64,000 nucleotides of DNA from Candidatus Kapaibacterium sp. (GCA_963664875.1 OY761611.1:2720001-2784000); one strand, 5' to 3'; positions 1-10,390 are shown, numbered from the stretch's first letter. Made by a program: numbers and translations. The notes: generated from the sequence alone by a model not told the origin.

Positions 1-2
1 AA

Positions 3-1556
3 TTCACTACTCTCGACAGCAAAGAAAGAGAATTGGACGAGCAAATGCTTATGATTTGCGATGCAGAAAAGCCAATCGCAGTTGGTGGCGTTATGGGTGG
101 TGAAAACTCTGAAATTACAGATGCTACTACTAACATTATCTTAGAATCTGCGTTCTTCAATCCATCTTCAGTTCGTCGTACTTCTAAAAAATTGGCAGTA
201 CAAAGCGACTCTTCTTACAGATTCGAGAGAGGAGTTGACCACGAAAACATCGTTAATGCCTTAAATAAAGCAGCAGCAATGATTGCTGAATTCACAGGCG
301 GTGAAATCGCTGAAGGTATGATTGATGTATATCCAAACGAAATTAAACGCAAAGAAATCAAACTCAGATACGAAAGAGCAAGAAAGATTATCGGTATTGA
401 TATAAAAGATGCTTTAATCAAAGAGATGATGGAAGCTCTTAACTTCGTTGTGATAAGCGAAGACAAAGAAGGCATCTTACTTGAAGTGCCTCCTTACAGA
501 GTAGATGTTACTTTAGAAATAGATTTGATAGAAGAAGTTGCAAGACTTTACAATTATGATAATATCAATCCTAACTTTGCTTCTGCAGTGAACTTTGGTG
601 CTTATAATGTTCCTAAGGAACTGTCGTTGCCTCCGTTCCGCAAAAAAGTAAGAGACTATCTCGTGCAAAACGGATTTAACGAAATCATCACTCAAAACAT
701 GATGGATCCTAAATCTGCTGCAATATTCGGAGAAGATCTTGTAACTATAGCAAATCCTCTCGGTGAAGAGCTTTCTATCTTGAGACCTTCTACGATTGCT
801 TCTATGCTAAAAACATTGAATCACAACATCAGAGTTGGCAATAGTCGTATGAGACTTTTTGAGTTAGGCAAGTCATTCCATCGCGTCAACGATAACGTAC
901 CAACATTTATCCAAGGTTTCATGGAAAAACAGGAACTTACGATTGCCATCGCTGGCAAAGCATTCCCTAAACAGTGGTCGATGGCGGAAAGAGATGTTGA
1001 CTATTATGACATCAAAGGCGTAGCAGAAGGTTTACTTGCACAGCTTAGAATCGAAGGTTTGAAATATAAAGAAGTGCAGGAAGAAATACCTGCTTTCTCT
1101 AAAAACACTGTTGCTATCATGCAGAAAAAGCAGGTAGTAGGCTATGTTGGCGAAGTAAACAGCAGCATCAAAAAGCACTATGATATCGAAATGCCTGTCT
1201 TTATAGCATGGTTTGACATGAGCGTGCTAAACGGTATCGAACCTCTGAAACCTTACTACAGCAAAGTAGCACCATTCCCTGGTTCTACAAGAGACTTGGC
1301 ATTTATCGTAGCAAAAGAAGTAAAAGCTGATGATATTTTGAATCAAATAATTCAAAACGGTGGGAAATTGCTTCAATCTGTAAACATCTTTGACGTTTAC
1401 GAAGGTAAAAATGTAGCAGACGACAAAAAATCATTAGCATACAGCTTACACTTTGCAGCACCTGACAGAACTTTGAAAGATAATGAAGTAGATCAGGCAA
1501 TAAATAAGGTAATTCAGACTATCGAAAAGAAATTTGAAGCTGAATTGCGGGGATAG
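3..1556 (+). CDS. pheT: Phenylalanine-tRNA ligase beta subunit (5'-truncated by window edge)
   Basis: Frame open from window start. Motifs SSYRFERGVD, PPYRVDVTLEIDLIEEVARLYNY and NPLGEELSILR, plus a C-terminal FDX-ACB domain (FPGSTRDLAF, FDVYEG, KSLAY, DRTL). Confidence 0.97.
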   Translation, partial: FTTLDSKERELDEQMLMICDAEKPIAVGGVMGGENSEITDATTNIILESAFFNPSSVRRTSKKLAVQSDSSYRFERGVDHENIVNALNKAAAMIAEFTGGEIAEGMIDVYPNEIKRKEIKLRYERARKIIGIDIKDALIKEMMEALNFVVISEDKEGILLEVPPYRVDVTLEIDLIEEVARLYNYDNINPNFASAVNFGAYNVPKELSLPPFRKKVRDYLVQNGFNEIITQNMMDPKSAAIFGEDLVTIANPLGEELSILRPSTIASMLKTLNHNIRVGNSRMRLFELGKSFHRVNDNVPTFIQGFMEKQELTIAIAGKAFPKQWSMAERDVDYYDIKGVAEGLLAQLRIEGLKYKEVQEEIPAFSKNTVAIMQKKQVVGYVGEVNSSIKKHYDIEMPVFIAWFDMSVLNGIEPLKPYYSKVAPFPGSTRDLAFIVAKEVKADDILNQIIQNGGKLLQSVNIFDVYEGKNVADDKKSLAYSLHFAAPDRTLKDNEVDQAINKVIQTIEKKFEAELRG

Positions 1557-1574
1557 ATATTTTAACTTCGAAAA

Positions 1575-1600
1575 CAACCTTGGGGTTAACCCCAAGGTTG
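1575..1600. repeat. Perfect 26-bp palindrome (REP-like / possible terminator)
   Basis: CAACCTTGGGGTT|AACCCCAAGGTTG, 18 bp after the pheT stop. Confidence 0.8.
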
Positions 1601-1611
1601 GTATAAAAATA

Positions 1612-1832
1612 AATTCCCCTTCTTTTCAAGAAGGGGTGCCCGAAGGGTGGGGTAGTTGGGCGTAATGCCAATCATAAACTCTAAATATAGATAGCTTGGT
1701 GGAATCTTTCCACCCCGTCATGCCACCCTTCAAGAGGGGAATTCCTTGTACATTTACATTAGGTTTAAGTAGCATCGGCAAAAGCTTTCTATCAATCCCT
1801 TCCGTTGAGGTGTCACGAAGTGATGGTGTGGT
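1612..1832. repeat. Cluster of REP-like GC-rich palindromic units (inverted pair plus degenerate third copy)
   Basis: AATTCCCCTTCTTTTCAAGAAGGGGTGCCCGAAGGGTGGGGTAG (1612-1655) has an inverted relative at 1710-1743 (rc AATTCCCCTCTTGAAGGGTGGCATGACGGGGTGG) and a decayed direct copy at about 1795-1832. Confidence 0.6.
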
Positions 1833-1903
1833 AAAATATATTACTATTGCACTCTCAATAACAAAACGCAGTACTTCTGTACAAAAAATAGAAAAATGGA
1901 ATT

Positions 1904-4900
1904 ATGCAACCGGATAAAAATATACAATTGTTGGTAGAGAAGCTATGGCAGTCGGTTGAAAAAGCAGCTGACACTATAGAAAATCTAAAGCTCGAAAAAA
2001 TCGAGCTACAGGAACATATCAGCTCTCTAAATTCGAGAGTAAACAGCTCAGAAGAAGAATTTTCGAGAGCTAATGAGAGCTATGCGTCGTTGCAGGCGGA
2101 TCTCGAAGACAAGCAAGCTCAGCTTACTCAAATCAAAGATGAGTTGGAGAAGCTGACTATCGAATTATCCGAAAAAAATTCTATTATATCTAATCAAAAT
2201 GATGCTTTCCAACGACTTGCAGATTTGAAAGAAAAAATGGATTTCTTTGAAGCTAAAAGTCGGGCTGTTCCTGTATTGACAGAACAGTTGCATGCAGAGT
2301 CTCAAAAAGCACAAGTATTGGAACAGGAAAATTCAGAGCTCAAAGCACGATTGGAAGATTACATCCGAAAAACAAATGATTTGGAACTTAGCCAAAAAGA
2401 CCATGTCCGCAAAAATTTCGAGCTTATTAAGCTTAATGAGGAAATTTCAAAGTTAAAAAGCGACAATGCTGAGCTTAAATCTTTTGAGTATAATTATAAA
2501 AATCTTATTGAAAAATATAATACTGACCAAGCAAAGATTGCAGGTTTGAATGCCGAACTGCTTAGTTTGCGTGGGATTAATCGTAATCTTCAGAGCGAAA
2601 AATCAGTATTGGCGGAAGAACTTACTGCTCTCAAAGAGCAAATTCAGCTCAATCAGTCTTCGTACAGCGAACAGGCTAATGCCTATGCTGAACAGGCACA
2701 ACAAGTTGCTGAGCTACGGAATAAAATAGTTGAACTCGAAGGCAAACTGACAGTAAAAGACTCGGACAATAGACTATTGAGCGAAGAAATTGCAGCTTTT
2801 AATGCTAAGTTAGAAGAAAAAGAATTAGAACTTGCCCTTATGAAAGAGCAGCTTGGAATTTCAGAAGGCAGAATCGAAAATGTAAATATGGCATACGACA
2901 AGTTGCAGTCAAAAATCCGAGATATAGAAACTATCTCACTTGGCAGAGCAGTTGAAATTGAAGATTTGAAAAATACACTTTCTTCAATCAGCTACCTCGA
3001 AGCGAGTGATTTGAATAGCTTCCTTGCGATTAGCAAAGATCTGCAACGTAGAGAAGAGTTTATTTTGGAGCTTGAATCCAACATATTCGAATACGAATCT
3101 GCACTTCATGAACTTCGTCGCAGAAATTCTGCAATGGAAGAGGCTATGAAAGACCTCAGACATACGATAGCCATGAAAGACAGTAGCGTCAAGAGTTTGG
3201 AAATCCGCATCAGAACCTTAGAAAGCGCTCTTTCTTCAGAGATAGAAAAGCTGAACGACACTGACAAAGCAAAAGAAAATTTAAACCAAGAACTTGAGGA
3301 TTTGAATCAGCAGAAATTCGAGTTAGAACTACAATTAGAAGAATTGCAAAGTTCATTAGCCAAGTCATCAAATAATAACAGTGCTTTACAGAACGAAAAA
3401 GATGTCTTATCTGCTAAAGTGACTGAGCTTGAGAACGAATTGGATAATATGAATATTACAATTCTGGATTTGAATGAAAAACTTGCGACACTTGAAGTCA
3501 ACTTCGAACAATCAGCTCTCAAAGTAAATATACTTAATGATGAGAAAAGCTTATTAGCTGATAAATTGCAATCAGCTAACATTCATGCCGGCAATCTATA
3601 TGATAAGTTGAATGATGCAGAATTGCTTAATTCAAATTTACTGCTACAAATAGCAGAAGCTGACGCCTTGCTCAGTCAAAGCGAAGTACACAACGAAGTT
3701 TTCGCTTCAAAGTTAGAAGAGTCATCAATGGAGTTGGCTCGTTACGAAGCTCGTATAATCAAATTAGAGCAGGAATTAGAAGATGCTGCTACTCACAATT
3801 GGAATTACGAAGAAAAGTTAAACCAAATCTCAATCGAAAAAGAGCAGCTTGAAGATTATTTGCAGAGCTATAGGGCTAAAAAGGAATATATTGAGTTAAA
3901 AGTCACTCAATTGGAAACTGAGCTAAATAGGAATGAAATTTATAATGAAGTATTTGCTTCAAAGTTAGAAGAGTCATCAATGGAGTTGGCTCGTTACGAA
4001 GCTCGTATAATCAAATTAGAGCAGGAATTGGGAGATGCTGCCACTCACAATTGGAACTACGAAGAAAAGTTAAGTCAAATCTCAATCGAAAAAGAGCAGC
4101 TTGAAGATTATTTGCAGAGCTATAGGGCTAAGAAATCAGAGTTAGAAGATACAATAGCACAGTTAGAAAAAGAGCTCAATCAAAGCGAAATACATAACGA
4201 AGTCTTCGAAGCAAAAATAAATGAATTGCTTAGCGAAAAAGATATACTCATAAACACCTATCAGTCAGCTCTGAAAGAAATTACAGAAAAAGCAGAAACA
4301 ATTAGTAATTTGCGAGAAATCAATGAATCTGCTAATGAACAGCTAAGAGATGTAAGAAACGAAAGAGACAGACTGAAACGTGACTACAGAAAAGAGCAGG
4401 AAGAACTTCGCAAAACTCTGAATACTAATAATTCTCTTGCCGGCAGTCTTGCATTATTAGGCATGGAAAAAGAATTATTAGAGCTTAGATATAATGAAAT
4501 GGAAGAGGCATATAGCAAATCCATAGATAAATTACAAAATCTTGCAGGGAACGCTGAAATAACCGATGCCGAACTTGATAAGATTAAAGAGGAGCTTAAC
4601 CTACGCACCGAAGCTTTGAAAGTATTTGCAGGTGAAAAGGAAGAATTCCTTATCAAAATTGAAGAGCTCGAATCTGACTATGATTCATTGCAAAGTGAAC
4701 GTGACAAAATCGCTGACCATTTGATTATAGTAAAATCCGAAAATAACTCTCTCAAGGAATCATTGAACGATCTGCAGGACGAACACCAAAAAACACTTGG
4801 AGCTATTGCTCACATGCAGAGCGAATTGAATGAAAAGCAGGAAGAACTTTTCCAAATTTACGCTGCCAGAGAGGATGTTATTGCTGAGCTTAACCGAGCA

Positions 4901-5683
4901 AATGCAACTTTGGATACACTTAAACTAGAAAATGAAGAGATTTCTTTAAACTGTAAGCACGCGGCAAATGCACTCGAAAAGCTTACTGCAGTGAATAAAG
5001 AAGTGTCCGAACAGCTTCATTTGGTAAAAGCCGATTTGCAAGCTAAGCAAAGCTATAGCATAGAACTTGAGCAGGAAATCAATGAACTTGAAAGCCGACT
5101 TGCTAAATTGACCGGAGAAAAAAATAATCTGGAAAATAAATCTTCAGCACTTGCAGAGCTTTCCGAAAGCCAAAAACAAAACATAGCTTCATTAGAAGCT
5201 GAAAAAGCGGGTCTATTTGAGCAAATAGAGACACTTGGCAAAGCGAAACTACAGTTAGAATCTGACATTAGCGATTTAAAAGGTATAGCATATAAACTCG
5301 AAAAATCTGAAGCCCGCAACGAAGAATTGAAACATAAGCTATTAGGACAAGAAGAAGTGCACCAAAACATTTTGGCTCGCTACCATAGCTTAGAAAGAGA
5401 AAAAGAAAAGCTTTATATCAGAGAAGAGTATGTAGGCAAACTCGAAAAAGAAATCGAAGAGTTAAAAGCTCAAATAGCTAACCAAAACAGCATCCAGGCA
5501 AAAGTGCAGGAACAGAACGTAAGTTTGGAAAGTTTGCTTCGAACAAGATACGAACAGATACAACTATTAGAGCAGCAGCTTAATGATTTGCAGCAAAAGG
5601 CAGCAAATTATACAAAAGAAAAGGAATCAATCAAAGCAGATATAGATAAATATTTAGCTAAAATAGACAGCATTTTATATTGA
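1904..5683 (+). CDS. Giant coiled-coil protein with ZapB-like termini
   Basis: 1259 aa, E/K/L-rich heptads throughout, no Walker motifs and no TM segment. N-terminus LVEKLWQSVEKAADTIENLKLE resembles ZapB. Lies immediately upstream of zapA. Confidence 0.8.
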   Translation: MQPDKNIQLLVEKLWQSVEKAADTIENLKLEKIELQEHISSLNSRVNSSEEEFSRANESYASLQADLEDKQAQLTQIKDELEKLTIELSEKNSIISNQNDAFQRLADLKEKMDFFEAKSRAVPVLTEQLHAESQKAQVLEQENSELKARLEDYIRKTNDLELSQKDHVRKNFELIKLNEEISKLKSDNAELKSFEYNYKNLIEKYNTDQAKIAGLNAELLSLRGINRNLQSEKSVLAEELTALKEQIQLNQSSYSEQANAYAEQAQQVAELRNKIVELEGKLTVKDSDNRLLSEEIAAFNAKLEEKELELALMKEQLGISEGRIENVNMAYDKLQSKIRDIETISLGRAVEIEDLKNTLSSISYLEASDLNSFLAISKDLQRREEFILELESNIFEYESALHELRRRNSAMEEAMKDLRHTIAMKDSSVKSLEIRIRTLESALSSEIEKLNDTDKAKENLNQELEDLNQQKFELELQLEELQSSLAKSSNNNSALQNEKDVLSAKVTELENELDNMNITILDLNEKLATLEVNFEQSALKVNILNDEKSLLADKLQSANIHAGNLYDKLNDAELLNSNLLLQIAEADALLSQSEVHNEVFASKLEESSMELARYEARIIKLEQELEDAATHNWNYEEKLNQISIEKEQLEDYLQSYRAKKEYIELKVTQLETELNRNEIYNEVFASKLEESSMELARYEARIIKLEQELGDAATHNWNYEEKLSQISIEKEQLEDYLQSYRAKKSELEDTIAQLEKELNQSEIHNEVFEAKINELLSEKDILINTYQSALKEITEKAETISNLREINESANEQLRDVRNERDRLKRDYRKEQEELRKTLNTNNSLAGSLALLGMEKELLELRYNEMEEAYSKSIDKLQNLAGNAEITDAELDKIKEELNLRTEALKVFAGEKEEFLIKIEELESDYDSLQSERDKIADHLIIVKSENNSLKESLNDLQDEHQKTLGAIAHMQSELNEKQEELFQIYAAREDVIAELNRANATLDTLKLENEEISLNCKHAANALEKLTAVNKEVSEQLHLVKADLQAKQSYSIELEQEINELESRLAKLTGEKNNLENKSSALAELSESQKQNIASLEAEKAGLFEQIETLGKAKLQLESDISDLKGIAYKLEKSEARNEELKHKLLGQEEVHQNILARYHSLEREKEKLYIREEYVGKLEKEIEELKAQIANQNSIQAKVQEQNVSLESLLRTRYEQIQLLEQQLNDLQQKAANYTKEKESIKADIDKYLAKIDSILY
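3692..4215 (+). repeat. Intragenic tandem repeat, period 252 bp (84 aa)
   Basis: NEVF units start at 3692, 3944 and 4196. The first two are near-identical at DNA level (NEVFASKLEESSMELARYEARIIKLEQEL.DAATHNWNYEEKL.QISIEKEQLEDYLQSYRAKK). Confidence 0.92.
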
Positions 5684-5845
5684 GATAATATAAAATTTTA
5701 TTTACTTAAAACAGTCTTTTATAAAAAGGGGCGGACTATTCAAAAAAACTTTTGGATATTATGGTATATTATTCTAAGTTTGCATAGTTTAGCCTAAAAG
5801 TTGAAATATATTTTATTTTAGTTCTTTACTCAGACAATATAGATA

Positions 5846-6127
5846 ATGGCAAAAACAATAGATGTAGTAATAGGTGGTAAGCATTTCTCCCTCGTAGGAG
5901 AAGATGAGCAACTGATTAGAAATGCAGCGAACTTAGTTGACAGACAGGTAACTGAGATGGAGCAAAAGCACAGATCTTTGCCATTTAATACAGTATCTGT
6001 ATTGGCAGCATTAAATATAGCCGGACAGAATCAGCAAAATGAGAAACAAAAAGAGGTTGATACTCAATACTTGATAGATCAATTGAACCAGATGTCAGAG
6101 AAATTAGATAATTCGATAAATTTATAA
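5846..6127 (+). CDS. zapA: Cell division protein ZapA
   Basis: 93 aa, IDVVIGGKHFSL...IRNAANLVDRQV...SVLAALNIA; conserved position before 6S RNA and rny. Confidence 0.9.
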   Translation: MAKTIDVVIGGKHFSLVGEDEQLIRNAANLVDRQVTEMEQKHRSLPFNTVSVLAALNIAGQNQQNEKQKEVDTQYLIDQLNQMSEKLDNSINL

Positions 6128-6136
6128 TTTTTTTAC

Positions 6137-6164
6137 TTGACTTTAGAAAAAACTTTGTTATCTT
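6137..6164 (+). promoter_or_regulatory. Putative sigma70 promoter upstream of 6S RNA/rny
   Basis: TTGACT, 16-bp spacer, then TATCTT preceded by TG. Confidence 0.4.
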
Positions 6165-6230
6165 ATGAGCAGAAAGCTATTGCTAAAAGTGATAAACAGC
6201 AATCTTTGTTCTTTCAAATAAATTTATGCG

Positions 6231-6472
6231 CCGCATAATTTTGTCATTGTCACACGGATAAAGAACTAACATTTTTCAAAAGGGAATTAGACTCTAATTG
6301 TTGATAGCGGGCCACATCATACCCTCGCGGTATGTAATCAGCTGATTATAGCCAAGGTGTAGAGCTGTTTTCAGAGGATCGGTGGATTATAGATATGATT
6401 AGGCTTTTACCCACTGTGTCTAAGAGAGTTCTTTCTTACTCTCGTGGATATAAGACAGATAAAATTATGCGG
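6231..6472 (+). ncRNA. ssrS: Putative 6S RNA
   Basis: Closing stem CCGCATAATTTT (6231-6242) / AAAATTATGCGG (6461-6472) followed by a T run; inner AAAGAAC/GTTCTTT pairing; canonical zapA-6S-rny synteny. Confidence 0.75.
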
Positions 6473-6529
6473 TTTTTTTTTGCCGCTAATGATTTTTCGA
6501 TACTTTAGTGCAATAGGAGTAATTGACCG

Positions 6530-8092
6530 ATGAGTGAACAGATTTATCTGATCATTAGTGTAGTGATAGCTATCGGCGGGTTTGCTCTTTCTTATTTGTC
6601 AGGTAAAAAGCAGGTTGCTAATAAACTTGCAGAAGTAGATAGGAAAGCTGCTGACTTGCTCAAACAGTCCGAAAAAGATGCCGAAAATCTCAAGAAAGAA
6701 AAACTTCTTGAGGTCAAAGAAGAATGGCATAAAAAGAAAATGGAATTTGAAAGAGAGTCACAAAAAAGAGACGAAAAGCTCAACAAAAGAGACGACAATA
6801 TTCAAAAAAGAGAAGATGGCGTCGAGCAAAAACTTCAAGTGATTCAGAAAAAAGAGATTAACCTACAGGGATTTGAAGAAGATCTTAAAAAACGTGAGGT
6901 TAAACTCGAAGAAAAATTCAAGGAAGCGGAAAAATTTGTTGAACAACAAAACGCCAAACTTGAAAAAATTGCAGGACTGACCAGAGACGAAGCCAAAAAG
7001 CAACTGATTGAAAACTTCCTCAACGAAGCTAAAACTGAAGCTGCGGCTACGCTCAACCAAATCCGTGAAGAAGCTAAAATCACTGCACAAAGAGAAGCAC
7101 AATCTATTATTGTGCAAGCTATTCAGAGGACTGCCTCTGACCACTCTGTCGAAACTACTGTCTCGGTAGTAAGTCTCGACAGCGACGAAATGAAAGGTCG
7201 TATTATCGGTAGAGAAGGCCGTAACATTCGTGCTTTCGAAGCTGCTACAGGCATCGATCTTATTATTGATGACACCCCTGAAGCTGTTGTTATTTCCGGT
7301 TTCGACCCGTTTAGAAGAGAGGTTGCTAAAAAAGCTCTCGAAAAACTTATGCTTGACGGAAGAATTCACCCTTCCAGAATTGAAGAAGTGGTGAATAAAA
7401 CTCAAAAAGAACTTGAAGAAGAAATCTACCGTATTGGCGAAAACGCTCTTATCGAGCTTGGTGTCCATGGTATGCGCCAGGGACTTGTCAAGTATATAGG
7501 TAAGATGAAATATCGCTCAAGTTACGGTCAAAACTTACTTAGTCACTCCATCGAGGTGGCTTATCTATGTGGCATTATGGCTGCTGAACTCGGATTGGAT
7601 CCGGCTCAGGCTAAACGAGCAGGCTTATTGCACGATATAGGTAAGTGCGTTGATAAAGATACTGATGGGCCTCACGCTCTAATTGGTATGGAGCTTTGTA
7701 AGAAAAATAAAGAAAACAGAATTGTTTGCAATGCTGTCGGTGCACACCACGAAGACATCGAAATGGAATCTCCTTATGCAGTTCTTGTTCAGGCTGCTGA
7801 TAGTATTTCAGGTGCTCGACCGGGTGCAAGACGCGAATCGCTCGAAAACTATATCAAGCGTTTGGAAAAACTCGAATCGCTTGCTAATGAGTTCGAAGGT
7901 GTTCAAAAAACATTTGCTATCCAAGCAGGTCGTGAAATCAGAGTTATTGTAGAACCTGAAAAGGTTACAGACCAAATTGCTGACGATATGGCAAACGAAA
8001 TCGCCAAAAGAATTGAGCATGAAATGGAATATCCTGGGCAAATCAAAGTTGCTGTTATTCGCGAACGTCGCTCAATAGCTCTTGCAAAATAA
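6530..8092 (+). CDS. rny: Ribonuclease Y
   Basis: N-terminal TM segment, coiled coil, KH domain (MKGRIIGREGRNIR) and HD domain (GLLHDIGK). Confidence 0.97.
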   Translation: MSEQIYLIISVVIAIGGFALSYLSGKKQVANKLAEVDRKAADLLKQSEKDAENLKKEKLLEVKEEWHKKKMEFERESQKRDEKLNKRDDNIQKREDGVEQKLQVIQKKEINLQGFEEDLKKREVKLEEKFKEAEKFVEQQNAKLEKIAGLTRDEAKKQLIENFLNEAKTEAAATLNQIREEAKITAQREAQSIIVQAIQRTASDHSVETTVSVVSLDSDEMKGRIIGREGRNIRAFEAATGIDLIIDDTPEAVVISGFDPFRREVAKKALEKLMLDGRIHPSRIEEVVNKTQKELEEEIYRIGENALIELGVHGMRQGLVKYIGKMKYRSSYGQNLLSHSIEVAYLCGIMAAELGLDPAQAKRAGLLHDIGKCVDKDTDGPHALIGMELCKKNKENRIVCNAVGAHHEDIEMESPYAVLVQAADSISGARPGARRESLENYIKRLEKLESLANEFEGVQKTFAIQAGREIRVIVEPEKVTDQIADDMANEIAKRIEHEMEYPGQIKVAVIRERRSIALAK

Positions 8093-8118
8093 GCATTGTT
8101 AGTTACGTAAACATATTT

Positions 8119-8152
8119 AAGACTTCCTTGTGAAAATGAGGAAGTCTTTTTT
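8119..8152 (+). terminator. Intrinsic terminator after rny
   Basis: AAGACTTCCT...AGGAAGTCTT followed by a T run. Confidence 0.8.
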
Positions 8153-8268
8153 ATAAAAGATGCTTGTACAAAGAAAATATATTGCGTATAAGTTCTATTA
8201 GTCTGAATCCCCAAAAATTATTTCAATGCGAGATGCAAACATTATTTATTAGCCAAATTTGATAAGCC

Positions 8269-9321
8269 TCAAACATACTCAACTCCATCTACATCAAAAA
8301 TGATACTACTCCCGAAAGCTTCCACCGGTGTCATTGCACCGGAATAATTTCCGTCAAGAATATTTTCTATAATCTTAAGGGCAATTAGCACTGTAAAATA
8401 GTATGGTTCCGGTGTTTTAATCATAGTTTCCGCAAAGATGCCGTTTTCGTTTGCAGCTCTGGCATATACATAAGCCTTATCTTTTAACATCGATTCATCA
8501 TCAGGTCCTTTTGCATAAGCTGCGAAACCTTTTAGGAGCTTTTGTCCGTAACGTTTACCGGAAAATTTTTTGATGATATCGATCATTGATTCTGCAATGC
8601 CTGCCCAAACTGTGGAAAGAGCATAGTAAGTTCGAATGTTAGGTATATGCAAAGATTTATGGCAGGCAATGAGCTCACCTATTGGTATTTTGAAAGCAAC
8701 TCTTTTTTTAGTGGGGTAATTGATATAAATATCAGATTTTTCTATACTACATTGTTCCAGGTTTCCCTCACGAATTTCATAGCCACCTTTTGGCAGTAAA
8801 GCAATCATCTGTTTAAAGGTTCCTTTACTAGGTTTTGCCTGAGTAGCCATTACTATATCAAGGCTGCTTGCATCTGGTAATTTTTTTAAAGTATGAGCAG
8901 CGACACATTCCGTAGCAACTATATTAAATCCTGCACCCGGCATGATAACTATACCATTTTCTTTTGCAATGTTATCCAAAGTATAAAGGAAATCGTATAT
9001 TTCTATATCGCCGGTCAGATCGAGGTAGTGTGTTTTAGTGCGAAGGCAAGCTTCTGCAAGCGTCGGAGCAGACTTACAGTACGGACCTGCAAGGTTATAA
9101 AGCAAATCAATATCCTTCAGATTAGCTTCAATTTTGCTGTCGTTATTCAAATCGAAAATGCGAAAATCAAGGCCAAGCGACAAAGCTAAACGTTTTGTTT
9201 TGAGAGCGTCCCGTCCGGCAATTACAGGGGACATACCTTTGAGGCAGGCAGTTTTAGCCAATAATTCACCGGTAAACCCATAGGCACCATATATCATCCA
9301 TTTTTTCAGCATAGAGCTCAA
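8269..9321 (-). CDS. Saccharopine dehydrogenase-like NADP-binding oxidoreductase
   Basis: IYGAYGFTG, IAGRD, NLAGPY, HYLDLTGD and PGAGF motifs. Confidence 0.85.
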   Translation of the reverse strand: MSSMLKKWMIYGAYGFTGELLAKTACLKGMSPVIAGRDALKTKRLALSLGLDFRIFDLNNDSKIEANLKDIDLLYNLAGPYCKSAPTLAEACLRTKTHYLDLTGDIEIYDFLYTLDNIAKENGIVIMPGAGFNIVATECVAAHTLKKLPDASSLDIVMATQAKPSKGTFKQMIALLPKGGYEIREGNLEQCSIEKSDIYINYPTKKRVAFKIPIGELIACHKSLHIPNIRTYYALSTVWAGIAESMIDIIKKFSGKRYGQKLLKGFAAYAKGPDDESMLKDKAYVYARAANENGIFAETMIKTPEPYYFTVLIALKIIENILDGNYSGAMTPVEAFGSSIIFDVDGVEYV

Positions 9322-9541
9322 GTGTCATTTTGAATGTAATTAAATAAACGGACAAGTATAGATATTATTCGACAGTTCAGCCTTAATGTTCAATCAAAAT
9401 AGAATAGTGATACTAATCTTTAAAAAGATAGAATTCAATTGCACCTTATAAGAAATCCAAGTTTCTACAGACAAAGATATACTCACCTTGGCTCAAAATA
9501 ATAAATTGGGTATATTGCTATCATTTTTCTATAGATAGTGT

Positions 9542-10270
9542 ATGAAAAGATATTTTATTTTGATGATATTGTTGCTTTCGGGTAGCGGTTACGATATACT
9601 TTGGGCTCAGGACTATTTTCCGGAGCAAAATAAAAATATTGCTGCAGGTGTCGGCATGGTACCTGTAGCTTTTTTATTAGATGCCACAATGAGAGATTTT
9701 GTCAGATCTACTTCAAGTCCTACTTCAGATATTGTGTTTGGTATAAGCAACCAAATGGGAGAACCTTATGTTACCCTGCCTTTGATAGCGGGTATGTACT
9801 TAGGAGGACTTGCGGCTGACAATACAAGCTTAAAAAACACAGGTTTATATCTCGGAGAGGCTTATGCTTTGAATATTGCTGTTACATTCACTCTAAAAAG
9901 CGTTTTAGGTCGAGCGAGGCCATATAATAATTTGGGCAATAATGAGTTTACATTCTGGGCGTTCAAAGATGCTTTTATGTCATGTCCATCAGGGCATTCA
10001 AGTGCCGCATTTACAACAGCAACTATTGTCGCGCATCAAATAAATACGCCTACAGCTTATTATATAAGCTACGGACTATCATTTATGACCATGATGTCAA
10101 GGATATACTACGACAAACATTGGTTTTCAGATACCGTTTTCGGAGCACTAATCGGTACTTTATCGGGTTTTATCATTCTTGAGCTTAATAGTCAAGATAC
10201 TGAGGAGCAGGCACCAAAACCCGGGGTATCCTCCTTGCCTGTTTTTAGTATTTCTTTGCCAATTCTGTAG
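9542..10270 (+). CDS. PAP2-family phosphatase
   Basis: KSVLGRARP, PSGHSS and SRIYYDKHWFSD motifs. Confidence 0.9.
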   Translation: MKRYFILMILLLSGSGYDILWAQDYFPEQNKNIAAGVGMVPVAFLLDATMRDFVRSTSSPTSDIVFGISNQMGEPYVTLPLIAGMYLGGLAADNTSLKNTGLYLGEAYALNIAVTFTLKSVLGRARPYNNLGNNEFTFWAFKDAFMSCPSGHSSAAFTTATIVAHQINTPTAYYISYGLSFMTMMSRIYYDKHWFSDTVFGALIGTLSGFIILELNSQDTEEQAPKPGVSSLPVFSISLPIL

Positions 10271-10390
10271 ATTAAAAGTTGCTTTTTTGTATAGTTACGA
10301 AAACTCAGCTAATCCAAATTTCTATAAAAACATTTCAGTTCTTATACGTATAATGCAATATACTTAACCACACTTATTTGAAAAGGAAAT

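Noticed and set aside
1696-1917. 73-aa ORF
   Set aside because: It overlaps REP-like repeats, has a TTG start and no recognisable features.
1904-5683. SMC/SbcC ATPase
   Set aside because: No Walker A/B, signature motif or hinge is visible.
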